A stretch of 64,000 nt of DNA from Mobula hypostoma (Eukaryota), in contig NC_086115.1 in the NCBI RefSeq assembly GCF_963921235.1, positions 23,932,001 through 23,996,000 of the forward strand. Direction: 5' to 3'. This document shows, in pieces, positions 63,016-64,000 of the stretch; position 1 is the stretch's first letter, and the number at the start of each line of letters is the position of its first letter. The translations under genes were made by a program, and so were the position numbers. The notes under the pieces were generated by a model. That model had not been told where the DNA came from, searched no databases, and saw only the letters and a list, made by a program, of their open reading frames with translations.

Positions 63016-64000
63016 GCACCAATCTCACAAATACTTTTTGACGCCTGCTCCCCTCAGCCTCGAAATATCTGACGGTCCCCCTATTATTCCCTGTCTTTAT
63101 AAGTACGTGGAATCCAAATCTCCTCCATCCCAATGTCCCTCACAACAACCCCCTTCAATATTGTTGTAGAGCACTGCTTCATTACATACGATCCTGATGC
63201 GTGACTCCTAGCAGGGAGGAAACTGTTTTCCTTTTCTCATAGCCTATTGCTAATGGAGATCATGGGTAATAGCAGATGTAAGTCGCTGAAAATCATACCT
63301 GACCATCGTTCAAAGGGCAGTCCACTCAATTGCTCTAAGAAAGATACAGTTCTCAAACACGACAGTGTTCTTACATTCCTTCTGCAGCCAGGGACCCTTG
63401 CTAGCAGAAAATATAAGAGGACCTTATCAAATATAGGAGTTATTAATGGCCCTTAACACCACGCACAGTCCAGATATAAAGCTAAAGTTCTCTCCACCCT
63501 TAAAATACATGATCAATGTCTTGTCTCCATCAGGACTGAGCAGAGTTTTAGCCTGAAACATCAACAGTTCCTTTTCCCTCACAGATGCTGCTCAAACATT
63601 GAACCAAGTTCCGGCATCTTCAGCACCTTCTGTTTTCACTTTGTTGCAAATGAGCCTTTTAACACATTTAGCTATTACCACACCAGTGGCTGAAACTGTC
63701 AATTGCACTTATCACAAAGCTAACTCGAGTGTATAAGTATCATGATTCTAAACCAATTACAAAGTTCTTGCCGCCTTTCATATCACACGACGTAGGGCAA
63801 GCCCGCTGAGCTTGAACTAATTGGCTCTCACACTTACCCTCTGGGAAGATGGACTCAACTGTCCACTTTCACCGGTGGTGATGTGTTCCACTTTGTCGCC
63901 CCAGTTCTGCTGTGCCTAGGGTCTCAGTAAAAAATCTAAAGGTTTACAGGATGAACCAATCACCACCACACTTGCAGGCTTAGATCTTTCAATCAAATTC

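Overview
A eukaryotic, transposon-saturated, apparently non-coding (intergenic or deep-intronic) window with one assembly gap (254-485). The repeat mix (HER1/CR1-type LINEs, HE1-type V-SINEs, Rex1/Babar LINEs, Penelope-like tails) points to a cartilaginous fish, probably a ray; this is inference from repeat families, not a database result. The only clearly intact gene is a tRNA-Glu(TTC) at 10274-10345 (-). I recognise no host protein-coding exon. The ORFs I can identify are decayed TE fragments (CR1, L2, Rex1, RTE, Penelope, Gypsy, Tc1, mariner, hAT); the rest look like repeat artefacts or chance frames. Well-bounded elements include a hAT with a perfect 8-bp TSD (17519-18438), a DD34E Tc1 (25573-26855), a Tigger-like MITE (45381-46050), a solo LTR with a 5-bp TSD (15187-15679) and a five-TIR fold-back mariner MITE (60325-60952). 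The most interesting signal is RNA-level. About a dozen Penelope-like tails carry a minimal type I hammerhead-ribozyme motif whose helix III is only a palindromic ACGU, and four loci hold these tails as inverted pairs forming ~180-210-nt hairpins. There is also a 2.3-kb G-rich 33-bp minisatellite that switches repeat sequence while keeping its period, and a candidate non-coding exon near the tRNA. Boundaries of old LINE/SINE fragments are approximate (+/- tens of bp).
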